From the NCBI RefSeq assembly GCF_030684315.1, contig NC_081374.1, positions 12,202,837-12,266,836 of the forward strand: DNA of 64,000 nucleotides. The letters run 5' to 3'. Under the pieces are notes generated by a model, which did not search any database, had not been told where the DNA came from, and was given only the letters and a program-made list of their open reading frames with translations. This DNA is from Stegostoma tigrinum (taxonomy: Eukaryota). Below, in pieces: positions 1 to 12,300 of the stretch (positions within the stretch are counted from its first letter, which is position 1; every line of letters starts with the position of its first letter). Both the position numbers and the translations under genes were made by a program.

Positions 1-2
1 TT

Positions 3-1018
3 CGTGCCTGCACAAGCAGAGAGATATTTAAAAAGCTGATATCATTACTGTGGTGCGTAATAAATCTGACACAGACTTAAAATCCCAAAAGCTTCTTCAT
101 CAGTTACACCAAACTAGGACAACATTTCAAAATTTTAGCCACTTTGAAAAGGAAGATGGGGGACAGATTTACTCTGAAACGCAATTATTTCACTTCTTAT
201 CTGTTTCAGGCATTAACCATATTGCAGCAGGGCTAAGCTTTCTTTGTCTTAACTTACTGCAATGTAAAATTTGAATCTACACTTTCAGAATACATTGAAA
301 CAAGGGTACAAAGGAAAATCTGTAGTTACAAAGCTGTCTCTTTTATATCATGATCTGAAAATGACGTCAATTTTTCAGTTTCAACCTTGACCTAACGGAA
401 ACCACAGAACACTAAATCATCAAAAGGAAATTGACATTGGGGAAACCACTGAAATCATTGAGTACGTTAGGTTTGATGCGATATCTGTTACTTACTTACA
501 AAGTGCTTCTATGACAGAAAGGATGGATGTAGATAAGATTTTTCCCTGGTTGATGGGTCTAAAACTAGGGACATAATCTCAGGTCAACAGACAGGCTATT
601 TAACACTGAGATGAGGAAGAATTTCTTCACTTTGAGGACATTGAATCATTGGAATTCTCAACCTTGATGCGCTCAGTCAATGAGAATGTTCGAGATAAAA
701 AGCAATAACATTCTGGAAACTAAGACATGAATGGAAAGGGAGATAATGCATGAAGGGGTCATTGGCGTAGATGATCAGCCATGATCTAATTGAAAGGTGG
801 AGCAGTGTTGGCAGATTGAATAACCACTCCTGTCATTGTGTTAGCAACTTAGATTGTGCAATGTAAGACAGCAGGATACTGAGCAAGCTCAGTGCATTTT
901 AATTGCAAATCCCAGGCAATTTCTGCTTTTGTTTCTACCAGTTTTGTGATGCTTATTGCCTGCTTCCCTTGCCAATTCTGGCATTCCTTGATCACATTTC
1001 GGCTCTGTTTTGAGGGTG
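3..1018. repeat. Left arm of ~1 kb inverted duplication (partner 2207-3212)
   Basis: Reverse complement of 2207-3212 apart from scattered substitutions and one 10-nt indel (AATGTTCGAG). The ORF track shows mirror ORFs 50..274+ / 2941..3165- and 892..1092+ / 2151..2333-. It contains an old CR1 3' fragment (~505-835) and may extend beyond the window start. Confidence 0.95.
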
Positions 1019-1031
1019 CCAGGAGTGTCCC

Positions 1032-1278
1032 AGTGATAATGGGAACTGCAGATGCTGGAGAATCCAAGATAACTAAGTGTGGAGCTGGATGAACACAGCA
1101 GGCCAAGCAGCATCTCTTTTGTGCTCCTGAGATGCTGCTTGGCCTGCTGTGTTCATCCAGCTCCACACTTTGTTATCCAGGAGTGTCCCTTTGGGTCTAG
1201 ACCCAAAACATCAGCCTTCCTGCTCCTCTGACGCTACTTGGCCTGCTGTGCTCATCCAGCTCTACACTTTGTTGTCTC
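1032..1278. mobile_element. Short Penelope-derived fold-back insert plus adjacent PLE 3' fragment
   Basis: Motif GATAATGGGAACTGCAGATGCTGGAGAATCCAAGAT..GCTGGATGAACACAGCAGGCCAAGCAGCATC is followed by its own reverse complement. 13-bp TSD CCAGGAGTGTCCC at 1019-1031 / 1177-1189. Confidence 0.8.
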
Positions 1279-1490
1279 AGGGCATTGATATGCCTTTGTT
1301 TGGAGAGAGAACAGCACTGAGGAGAACAAATGTAGGTGCTAGAATTCACAGAAGCTTGTAACTGATGAAGAAGCCTCTGGGATTTTAAGCCTGTGTCAGT
1401 TTTATTATGCACCACAATAACGAAATCATCTTTATCACCTATCAAAAAACAATAGGCATCCAACAAGCTAATTCTCTTCTGTCTGTGACA

Positions 1491-1809
1491 GGCGGCACAG
1501 TGGTTCAGTGGTTAGCACTGCAGCCTCACAGCGCCAGGGACCCAGGTTCGATTCCAGCCTTGGTTAACTGTCTGTGTGGAGTTTGCACATTCTCCCCGTG
1601 TCTGCGTGGATTTCCTCCGGGTGCTCCGGTTTCCTCCCACAGTCCAAAAATGTGCAGGCTAGGTGGATAGGCCATGGTAAATTGCTTGTAGCATTCAGGG
1701 GTGTGTGGGTTATAGGGGGATGAGGATGACCCTGCGTGGGATCTTCCAAGGGGCGGTGTGGACTTGTTGGGCCAAAGTGCCTGGTTCCACACTGTAGGGA
1801 ATCTAATCT
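1491..1809 (+). mobile_element. HE1-like tRNA-derived SINE
   Basis: A box TGGTTCAGTGG, B box GGTTCGATTCC, conserved core GTGTGGAGTTTGCACATTCTCCCCGTGTCTGCGTGG, and LINE-like tail GTTTCCACACTGTAGGGAATCT. Confidence 0.9.
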
Positions 1810-1969
1810 TGTCGTTAGGTTAAAAAACCTATGATGGGTAATGGGGATCAAGCTTCTTTAAAATGCAAAGCCCAGAGACACACGGGTTGGACTAAAGGAT
1901 GTTTATGGGAAATATGTAGCTGAAGATCTGATATTCCAATGTTAATATTTGTTGTCGCTATTTTTACAG

Positions 1970-2030
1970 CTCCTACAACAACAGTACCGCCTGCTGAATC
2001 TCAGAGAACAATCACCTTCAAAAGTGAAAG
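1970..2030 (+). CDS. Gene A stalk exon (Ser/Thr/Pro-rich), CD300/pIgR-like receptor
   Basis: TTTTTACAG|...AAG|GTATAT, phase 1 to 2; encodes (A)PTTTVPPAESQRTITFKSE(S). The phase matches the TM exon at 7172. Confidence 0.7.
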
Positions 2031-2206
2031 GTATATTTATTAATCAATTAATAAACAAATTAAATTAATATTATTTCAAGGTTTACAGAAGAGTCTCGAC
2101 CCTCTATGCTGATGAAAAGTTGCCTGTTCTAACATAAATGCAACAACTGGCTATTCTGTTTTCACACGGGTCGGGTCTGCACAGAAAGCACCTCTTGATT
2201 TTGTGA

Positions 2207-3212
2207 CACCCTCAAAACAGAGCCGAAATGTGATTGAGAGATGCCAGAATTGGCAGGGGAAGCAGGCAATAAGCATCACAAAACTGGTAGAAACAAAAGC
2301 AGAAATTGCCTGGGATTTGCAATTAAAATGCACTGAGCTTGCTCAGTATCCTGCTGTCTTACATTGCACAATCTAAGTTGCTAACACAATGACAGGAATG
2401 GTTATTCAATCTGCCAACACTGCTCCACCTTTCAATTAGATCATGGCTGATCATCTACGCCAATGACCCCTTCATGCATTATCTCCCTTTCCATTCATGT
2501 CTTAGTTTCCAGAATGTTATCGCTTTTTATCTCATTGATTGAGCACATCAAGGTTGAGAATTCCAATGATTCAATGTCCTCAAAGTGAAGAAATTCTTCC
2601 TCATCTCAGTGTTAAATAGCCTGTCTGTTGACCTGAGATTATGTCCCTAATTTTAGACCCATCAACCAGGGAAAAATCTTATCTACATCCATCCTTTCTG
2701 TCATAGAAGCACTTTGTAAGTAAGTAACAGATATCGCATCAAACTTAACGTACTCAATGATTTCAGTGGTTTCCCCAATGTCAATTTCCTTTTGATGATT
2801 TAGTGTTCTGTGGTTTCCGTTAGGTCAAGGTTGAAACTGAAAAATTGACGTCATTTTCAGATCATGATATAAAAGAGACAGCTTTGTAACCACAGATTTT
2901 CCTTTGTACCCTTGTTTCAATGTATTCTGAAAGTGTAGATTCAAATTTTACATTGCAGTAAGTTAAGACAAAGAAAGCTTAGCCCTGCTGCAATATGGTT
3001 AATGCCTGAAACAGATAAGAAGTGAAATAATTGCGTCTCAGAGTAAATCTGTCCCCCATCTTCCTTTTCAAAGTGGCTAAAATTTTGAAATGTTGTCCTA
3101 GTTTGGTGTAACTGATGAAGAAGCTTTTGGGATTTTAAGTCTGTGTCAGATTTATTATACACCACAGTAATGATATCAGCTTTTTAAATATCTCTCTGCT
3201 TGTGCAGGCACG
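2207..3212. repeat. Right arm of ~1 kb inverted duplication (partner 3-1018)
   Basis: Direct reverse-complement match to the window start. Confidence 0.95.
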
Positions 3213-3414
3213 TAACAAATGGAATTTCGTAGAGTTGGAGTCCACATATTTGATCGTCATCTCTGAGTGATGGACTTCAATTTTTTATTATTCAGAGCTA
3301 AAGAATGCATTAAAAATTTAGCTGTTGGTTATGCTTCAACCAGAGGGAAATTGGCTCCCTTTTTAACAAACTCACTGGAAGATAATCTTATTGAACAATT
3401 ATAAATAGCTCAAC

Positions 3415-3580
3415 GGACAGCTTGGTAGCTCAGTGGTTAGCATTGCTGCCTCACAACACCAGGGACTGGGGTTCAATTCCAGCCTCAGGTAACTGTCTGT
3501 GTGGAGTTTGCACATTCTCTCCGTGTCTGCGTGATTTTCCTCCCACACTCTAAAGATGTACGGGCTTGGTGGACATTGGG
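3415..3580 (+). mobile_element. HE1-like SINE, 5' part
   Basis: Degenerate A/B boxes and core. A tail-like fragment lies at ~3995-4050. Confidence 0.75.
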
Positions 3581-3679
3581 AGGCAATGGCCTGTACAAAT
3601 TATCACTGGATTGTTAATCCAGAACACCAACTAATGTTCTGGGGCTCCAGGTTTGAATCCTGACGCAGCAGATGGTAGA

Positions 3680-3900
3680 TAACAGAGTGTGGGGCTGGAT
3701 GAACCAAGCAAGCCAAGCAGCATCTTAGGAGCACAGAAGCTGATGTTTCTGGCCTAGACCCCATTTCAGATGAAGGGTCTAGGCCTGAAACGTCAGCTTT
3801 TGTGCTCCTAAGATGCTGCTTGGCTTGCTGTGTTCATCCAGCTCCACACTTTGTTATCTTGGATTCTCCAGCATCTGCAGTTCCCAATATCTCTGATCAT
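3680..3900. mobile_element. Penelope-derived fold-back insert
   Basis: Palindromic PLE 3'-end sequence. 13-bp TSD AGCAGATGGTAGA at 3667-3679 / 3901-3913. Confidence 0.8.
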
Positions 3901-4301
3901 AGCAGATGGTAGAATTTGAATTCTAATTAAAAACAAATCTGGAATTAAGAGTCTAATGAATCCATTGCCAATTGTTGAAAAGGCTCTTCAGAGAGTTGAT
4001 GTGGACCTGTTAGGCCAAATGGCCTGTTTCCATACTGTCGGAATTCTACGAATAAAAGTCTGTACTACAAACAGGGGAGATGATAGCACGGATTTCCCCA
4101 TTGCCACTTCTCAACTGAAGAAGACAGATGCGTTTTAAAACACAACGTATGATTTTTTTTACCCTGAGTACTGTTGCCAGCAAAAACTGTGATGGGTTTT
4201 CTTTGAAAAAGATAAATGTTTGTTACACAACACCTGAATACTTTTGCAAAAATACCCATCTCTCACTTCTACATAAATAGGCATTCATTCAAGAAAACCC
4301 T

Positions 4302-5993
4302 CCAAACCTGATCAGGAGTTCTCCAGAAATTTGTGGGAAGCTAGAGAAGAAATTACTGGGCTCCTTGCTGAAATATTTGTGTCATTGATAGCCACAGGTG
4401 AGGTATCAGAAGACTGGAGGTTGGCTAATGTTGTGCCATTATTTAAGAAAGATGGTAAGGAAATGTCAGAGAACTATAGACCTGAGAGCCTGACGTAATT
4501 GGTGGGTAATTTGCTGAAAGAGTTTCAGAAGGATAGAATTTACATGCATTTGGAAAGGCAAGGGCCAATTAAAGATAGTCAGCATGGATTTGTGTACGGG
4601 AAATCATGTCTCAGTAACTTGATTGAGTTGTTTGAAGAGATAACAAAGAAGATTGATGAAGGCAGAGCAGTAGACATTGTCTACATGGACTTCAGCACGT
4701 AGGTTCCATTCAACAAGGTTCCATAGGGTAGACTGGATAGTAAGGTTAGGTCACAAGGGATCCAGAGGGAGCCAGCCAATTGGATCAAAATTGACTTGAA
4801 GGTAGGAGACAGAAGTTGGTGACAAAGGGTTTTTGGACTGGAGGCCTGTGACCAGTGGTGTGCCACAGGGATCTGTGCTGGCTCCACTGCTTTTCATCGT
4901 TTGTCTAAATGATTTGGATGTGAATACAGGAGGTACAATTAATGAGTTTGCAGATGACACCAAAATAGTTGGTGCAATGGACAGTGAAGATGATCATCCC
5001 AGAGTACAACCAGACCTTGATGAGATGGGCTAATAGGCTGAGATGTAGCAAATGGAGTTTAATTTAGATAAATGTGAGGTGTTTATACTTTGGTAAGAGA
5101 AATCAGGGCAGGACTTATACAGTTAATGGTAGGGCCCTGGAGAGCGTTGCCAAACAAAGAGACCTAGAGGCCTAGACCCAAAACGTCAGCTTTTCTGCTC
5201 CTGAGATGCTGCTTGGCCTGCTGTGTTCATCCAGCTTCACACTTTGTTATCTTGGATTCTCCAGCATCTGCAATTCCCATTATCTCTGATCACAAAAGAG
5301 ACCTAGGGATGCAGGTTCATAGTTCCTTGAAAGTGGATTCATCGTTAGACAGTGGAGCAGGTGTTTGACATGCTTGCCTTCACTGGTCAGAACAGTGAGT
5401 ATAGGAGATCAGGTATCATATTGCAACTGTACTGGGCTTTGGTGAGGCTCCTTTTGGAATGCTGGAATACAGTTCTGGTCACCCTTCAATAGGAAGAATG
5501 TTATTAAACTTGAGATGGTGCAGAAAAGATATACAAGGGTGTTGCCAGGACTGGACAGTTTGAGTTATAGGGATAGGCTGTGTAGGCTGAGGCTTCTTTC
5601 CCTAGGGCATCAGAGACTTGAGGGATGACATTATAGAGGTTTATAAAATCATGTGGGGCATGGATAGGGTAGATAGACAAGGTCTTTTTCCTGGGGTGGG
5701 GGAGTCCAAAACTGGAGGGCATAGATTTAAGATGAGAGGGAATGATTTGAAAAGGACCTGAGGGGTAACTTTTTCACACAGACGTTGGTGTGTGTATGGA
5801 ACAAGCTGCGAGAGGAAGTGGTGGAGGAGGGAGCAATTACAACATTTAAAAGGCATCTGGGTGAGTACATGAATAGGAAGGGTTCAGAGGGATATGGACC
5901 AAATTCTGGCAAATGGGACAAGGTCAGATTGGAATGTCTGGTTGGTGTAGATGAGCTGAACTGAAGGGTCTAATTCCATGTTGTATGACTCTA
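4302..5993 (+). mobile_element. CR1-type LINE, 5'-truncated and degenerate
   Basis: RT motifs SQHGF, MDFS, GVPQGSVLAP, FADD and a CR1 3' UTR. Interrupted by a PLE insert at 5168-5294 with 12-bp TSD AAAGAGACCTAG. Confidence 0.9.
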
Positions 5994-6373
5994 TAAAAGA
6001 TTGTGACTCTGCAGGGTATCATGCACTTAAGCCCTAAAAGTCTGAGTTCTCTGTAACGCTTGCTTTTCCCAAGATGAAGACTTCAAATATTGCAGCTATA
6101 TGGCTTCCTTCTGGTCTGTTGAAGAAGGGAGTCAAGAGGTTTTAGGAAGATTAATTCACTGTGGTATATTGCTTACAGTAGCTGTTTTTCTTGCTCCATT
6201 CCTATTGAGCTACAACTGCAGCAAATGTCTGTTTCAGTTCTTCAATAAAGGACGATAAATATTCTCTTTCCCTTGAACGATCTTAGGTAGGATCCTGTTC
6301 CTTCCCCGGTCTGAGTCTGTCTCCTTCATCATTCATGAAAATGTGCCTCCTTAAATGTCCTTACCAAAAGCAT

Positions 6374-6935
6374 CAGAGATAATGGGAACTGCAGGTGCTA
6401 GAGAATCTGGATAATAAAGCGTGGATCTGGATGAACACAGCAGGCCAAGCAGCATCTTAGGAGCACAGAAGCTGACTTTTCAGGCCTAGACCCTTCGTCA
6501 GAAAAGTGGTTGGGCAAAGAGTTCTGAAATAAATAGGGAGAGAGAAGGAGGCAGATCTAAGGTGGATAGAGGAGAGGATAGGTGGAGAGGAGACAGACAA
6601 GTTAAAGGGGCTGGGATAGAGCCTGTAGAGGAGAGTGTAGGTGGGGAGGTAGGGAGGAGATAGGTCAGTCCAGGGAGGACAGACAGGTCAAGGAGGCGGG
6701 ATGAGGTTAGTAGGTAGGGAATGGAGGTGCAGCTCGAGGTGGGAGGAGGGGATAGGTGAGAGGAAGAACAGGTTAGGGAGGTGGGGACAAGCTGGACAGG
6801 TTTCTCTCCCTATTTATTTCAGAACCCTCTCCACATCCCCCTCTCTGATGAAGGGTCTAGGCCCAAAACATCAGCTATTGTGCTCCTGAGATGCTGCTTG
6901 GCCTGCTGTGTTCATCCAGCTCCACACTTTGTTGT
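6374..6935. mobile_element. Penelope-derived insert with inverted terminal segment
   Basis: Minus-strand PLE 3' end with a purine-rich tract homologous to 27446-27790, then an inverted copy. 14-bp TSD CTTACCAAAAGCAT at 6360-6373 / 6936-6949. Confidence 0.85.
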
Positions 6936-7171
6936 CTTACCAAAAGCATAGTTTTTGTCCAGTGACCTGTTCATTTCCCTCACCTGATCTCTCAGCTTTG
7001 TTTTCGAACAGTCAATTTCATAGTCCTACTCCATATGCCCAAACGATACTTCAACTGCTGTGAAGTCTCATACCATAAGGGGGTGTTAAAAAAGAAGGCT
7101 GTGGTACTGCTAAGAAAACAAAAATAAGTTTCTGTTTGAGAAAATGAACTTTTGACCGTTTTCTTTCACAG

Positions 7172-7278
7172 CGCTTCAAATTTTTCCATCATAGCGATAC
7201 CTGCGCTTGGAATTATGGTTGCACTGTCCCTTGTTGTCGCTGTCTTTGCCACAAGATACAGAAAGAAGACTGCAGTTG
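7172..7278 (+). CDS. Gene A transmembrane exon (uncharged TM)
   Basis: TTCTTTCACAG|...TTG|GTAAGT, phase 2 to 1; (S)ASNFSIIAIPALGIMVALSLVVAVFATRYRKKTAV(G). Hydrophobic run followed by a basic stop-transfer. Confidence 0.9.
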
Positions 7279-7744
7279 GTAAGTTAGAGAATTCAGAACC
7301 TTCCAATTTCAAATCAAAATGCAAACCTCTCAGCTTCTACTTGGACAAGGAGCAATGCTGAACATTTCCTCAGAGCTGGGCCCACTAAACTGGCCGAAAC
7401 TTTGTCAAAAGAGGGAATCTTCAGGTCGGGGGGTTTCTGAGATAAACAGCCTTAGAATCTGAGAATCATACAGTGCAGAAGGCACTCTCGGCCAATTTAG
7501 TCTGCACCAAATTGAAGGAAACTCATAGTCTAACCAATGGTTACAAATTTTACTGAGGTAGTCTTCACCATGCCTTCCAGGTCAAAGCACAACCTCAAGG
7601 GAAGCTATTTTTTTTCTCTGTCTGCTTTAAGCGTATAAAATAAACAAAGTACACCCATTTAGTTTGTCACAGGCTCTTGAACAGCCTCAATGCTAGGGTC
7701 AATGGCTGTGAGGAACAGAGATTAATCCTAATACCAGATACAAA

Positions 7745-8128
7745 GAAAAAGAAAGAGTTAACATTTGTATAGCACCGTCTAGTTCTGAACATTCCAAAGT
7801 GCTTTACAGCTAATTGTCATAAATGTAGGAAATGTAACAAGGTCCAAAGAAAAACAGCTTCTCGTGAAGTTGTTTGAGGAAATGTTATTTGGCAGGATAC
7901 TAGGAAACATTTACTCACTCATCTTGGGAATAGGTGAGCCTTAAAGGCAGACAGAGGTCTCAAATTTTCATCTCATCCAGAATGCAAATATCAAATGATG
8001 TTCCCCCACCCCCGCCTTAGTGGTGTATTGGAGTATCAGACTAGGCCTTTGTGCTTGACTTTATAAAGTGGGACTCGAATCTACAACCTACTGCCACAGA
8101 ATGTTACCAACTGAGCCACAGCTGACAC
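7745..8128 (-). mobile_element. Old Deu-domain SINE (SacSINE1/AmnSINE-like)
   Basis: Minus-strand tRNA-like head GTGTCAGCTGTGGCTCAGTTGGT..GATTCGAGTCCC and a typical GTAAAGCACTTTGG..GTGCTATACAAATG tail. Confidence 0.55.
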
Positions 8129-9085
8129 CTGCAGGAATCTCCACAGCAGTCACAGTAAAGCTGAACAATGAATAATAATATGCCTTGACCCCACAGATTT
8201 AAATAAAGCCTCAGAAAGAGAACAATATACAATGCAGCATGTACAAGAACCAAGTGTGCAAACAGCTAGTGCAAATATCATCTTCCAAACAGATGTGGGT
8301 GGAAACTTAAATGTGATGATAAGAATGAAATTCAAATACAGCATTTAATCATTACAGACATTACATTCAATGTTTTATTAACTAAATCAGTGAAATCGGT
8401 GTCATGAGTTCAAATCTCATTGCAATCAACAGTTTAATAGATAAGCTATTCCAAATGAAGTAGTTTCAGATTGTCGCCGGTTATATAATCTTTTAATTTG
8501 ACTCCACTGGCATTAGGAGGAAATGAGTTAACTCAGTTGATTAGGCCAGTAGCTTACAATGCAGAGTGATACTAACAACAAGTAATAATAGCCACACCAA
8601 TCAAGGTTAGTGTGAAGGAATATCCTTCTTAACCTTTCCCTTTGTCGAAGGTTTGTTGACTCTCAGGTTAAACTACAGCTGGTTGTATTTCTTTAATGGG
8701 AAAGTAGGATCCTGCTGACTTTGCCTCCATTGGAATTATCTAAGGATCTACTTTTATAAAACACAGTGGATCGGCTTACATAGAATGTTGCGATGACATA
8801 AATGTTCCTTGAGTGTTTAAAACAAGAGGGTTATAGGTTTCTCAAAATAACACACAGAGAAGTGCCATACACTGGTCTCAGTTTGTGTATACTGTCACTA
8901 AATATTGCAGAGAACAATTTCTGAACTTATGTGTCTGATTCGGTTTTTCCAATTTGACTCTTTATAGCAGGATATTTCATTTTAGTGAAAGTGTCTGCTA
9001 CAAATACAAAACCATCAGGCAGATAATTAAAATATATAGGGATGGATTTTATAATACTTAATTCTTCAATCTATACCGTTCTTAG

Positions 9086-9141
9086 GTGAAAAAGAATTAA
9101 AACCTACCAAGGAAGATTCTAACCCCGTTTATACTGATCTG
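9086..9141 (+). CDS. Gene A cytoplasmic exon 1
   Basis: GTTCTTAG|...CTG|GTAAGA, phase 1 to 0; (G)EKELKPTKEDSNPVYTDL, ending in YxxL. Confidence 0.8.
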
Positions 9142-9399
9142 GTAAGAATTTCATACAGCACTTTATCTGACATTTCACATTTACTTATCCGCATTTCAAA
9201 TGCCAGTTTATTTATGGATAGAAAACTAAATAAGATAATCCTCTAGATAGAAACCTAATTATTGTTCCTGCTGGCACTATAAAATAAAGAGAGAAAGTCC
9301 TTGAAATATTCAGCAGGTCTGGCAGTATCAGTTACAAAGAATCAGATTTTATAGACAGATTTATATTGTAGTCTAAGTGAGATGGCTGACAGTGAGATT

Positions 9400-12300
9400 C
9401 ATGGGAGAATTAGACAACAAGGCCCATTTCATCATCAGGAATATCTTGCCCCATCTTGCATGCTTCTGAAAAGTTGACACAACAAGTTTCTCACCAGGCA
9501 GTGGTGAATTGCTAGTTAGACGGGATTATTGCTTATTGAACACTATGTTAGCAGTCTAATTAATAGCCTCAGAAACATTTGGCTTCCTATCTTGTCTAAT
9601 GCTCCAAACAAGCTAGACTTTGAGAATTCTCCACATGAAGGCACCTGGTGACTTCAGCTTAACATTCGCTCCATTTTGAACACTGGGCACTGCCTCTTGA
9701 GCATATTCCATGGAGTCCAGTCTCACATATCCCTTTCTCCACAGACATTGGCATCCGATAAGTGCCAGTCTTCAGAACCCTCTTGGCAAATCGCTGATAC
9801 GCTGACAGGTATTTCTTGCAGTTCAATGCTGTACCATGGGCTGTACCACCAACCATCATTGCAATGCTACAGCAAGGAAACTGTACTCTCAAGGATACGC
9901 AGCCAGCTCAGAGACTACACCAGGCTGCATCTCCAGGCTCTTCACTTGCTCCCATAATGCACACTCACTCTGAGCCAAACTGGATGCTCACACTTTGCAT
10001 TGCTGTATCTTGTCTTTTTACATGCTACCCCGTCAGCCAGAGCTACCAGGCTCATCTTACTTCTGTCTTGCCGTACCATTGAGCACAGAAACAAAAGCAA
10101 GAGGTTTGTCATGATTGTCAAGTCAAGAGAGATAGCCTTTGGTCAGGGCTGTCCTGGCACAGTAAATCAAGTCCAGCTTCCGGTGCTAGTCCAGAGGCTT
10201 GGGTGCAGTCAGTCTCCTGCTCGGACGGTCAGAGCCAGGATCTTCTCCACATGGAGGGGTGAGGAGCTAAATGTCAAAAAGCTCACCAGTTTCCCTGCTG
10301 GATTGCGAGCTCTTTTCCTCCTGGAATGAGAAAGAGCCAGTTAAAGAAAACAAAAGGGGATAGCACAGTTACTACTTCAGCTGCTGGAGGGTAAGAATCT
10401 TTACTGAGTGATTGGGTCATGCAGAGGGTTACTGTTTGGGGGTTGAGATCGGTGAAAGCTAGTGAGGGAAGCTGTTGCAGACGGTATCTAACCTTGGCCT
10501 CCAGTGGCCCCTGATATCCCTGCTGCCTTCCTCTTGTCCCTTCCTCATTCATGTTTTGTTCTCAGTCACACTGACCCAGCCTTCTTCTGCCAACTTGTCA
10601 CTCCACTATCTCTATGACCCACTGGTGCTTGAGCTGAACTAGGATTTACATTCTGACATAGCAGTTTGTAATGCCACAACCCCCAAAACAAGCTAACAGC
10701 TGCCGTGGGTAGAAGGCTTATAAAGAATGTGGATGAGTAGCTGAAGTGTCATAATATTCATGGCTATGGGTCAAGTGCTGAAAAATGAGACAAGTATACA
10801 TATGTCAGTGCAGGCTCGAAGGGCTGAAGGGCCTCTTCTGTGCTGTATGATTGCATAGCTCAAAGATTGTAAAGCTGAGATCTTCTTAAGAGGTGTGAGG
10901 ATGAGAAGCATTCAAAGGACAAAGGACAAACACTGAATGGACTTCAACATCCGATACCCCTGATATCATCTGTTCAGAAATTGAGTTCATGTCTTGGATG
11001 GGTTTCCAAACGTGACTTGACCCAAGCTTTCCACTTTCTTAAATTTCCAATCGAGATGTGATGGTTGCCTTCGAGCTTATTGTGTGAAGTGCTTCTTGGT
11101 TGTAACTGATTCCCTAATCCCAATGTGAGTGACAGCATCAATGGTTAGCATGGAGTAAAGTTAGAAAGCAGGTTTGACTGTCACATTCACACACTTCTAC
11201 AGAAATAAGAAGCAGAGGGCTAACTGCTGTGACATTTTGGCTAAGTGCCAATTTTGTTGGGTTTCATGGAGGATTTCTATCCAGGATGGCTATGGAGTTC
11301 TCTCATGCTATCACATCAAACTTACCTCTTTAATTACCTGCTCCATGTCTATGGTCCCCTCTCATCCAATACTAGCCCAACTCCACCACTCACTGTAGCA
11401 ATACTGACTGGCTACTACCTAGACATCCCACGAATGAACTGCCATCCCTGGTGTCAAGTGGTATTTCTGAAAAGATGCTGTGCATCTGGGCAAGTACAGC
11501 CTAGAGCTACCTTGCTTTGTCCACAACATTCAACCTGACATAGTAGATATGGAGAATTTGCTTCCCTACTTCACAGGGACTTAGAGATCCTAGGTGATAG
11601 GATACCATGGGAGAAGGGAGCCCTCTTTCCCCAAGACTGGTAGGCCATGGCACAACTCCAGAGCCTACCAACCTAGTCCCAGCTTACCACCCACCTCCCT
11701 GTAGGGACAAGATCAATGACATTCTCCACACTGTTAGGGTAAGTGCCACTATCTTCCCTCTGCCACCTCATCCCTCTGTCTCAGTTATCAGACCCACCTT
11801 CCACCAAGGCTCATACATTACCAAACTCACTATTGCATATAGCATCTTTCCTCATTCACTCTTATCCAGCCCAGTTCCCCCACACAACTAGCCCTGTATG
11901 CCTTTGAACTAACTACTCACGCACTCAGGACACCTTTCCCTCATTGCACCAGCACTACAGCGGTACCATCCAATTTCATCTCACTCAATCCTTCTCTTTT
12001 TCTCATTTCATGAGGGAACAGCTCAGAAGAGGTGTGAAAAAGGCAAGATGGTTGGGGGGGAGTTGCTTGACATTTGGCTTCTCAACCCCTATGAGGAGAG
12101 GAGTCTGGTTATAATTGCCCCAAGGGATGAACTGATCCTGCCCAAACCCTGGACTGACATTGGAAGCTGCCCATCTCTTACTGTGCCAAGACCCACTGAC
12201 GAAACAGGGTCAACCTTGACATGACTGAGAACTACTCCCTTCTGATGTGGAGATATGGCCATGTAATTGAAACACTGTGGTAACTATGTTTGCTGTGTAG

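Noticed and set aside
408-461. Possible 54-nt exon (TLNHQKEIDIGETTEII) inside the inverted arm
   Set aside because: Open only as phase 2>2, incompatible with the following phase-1 acceptor, and it has a poor pyrimidine tract.
1491-1560. tRNA gene (also 25420-25490 and 61043-61110)
   Set aside because: The A/B boxes run into SINE core and LINE-like tail, so these are SINE heads.
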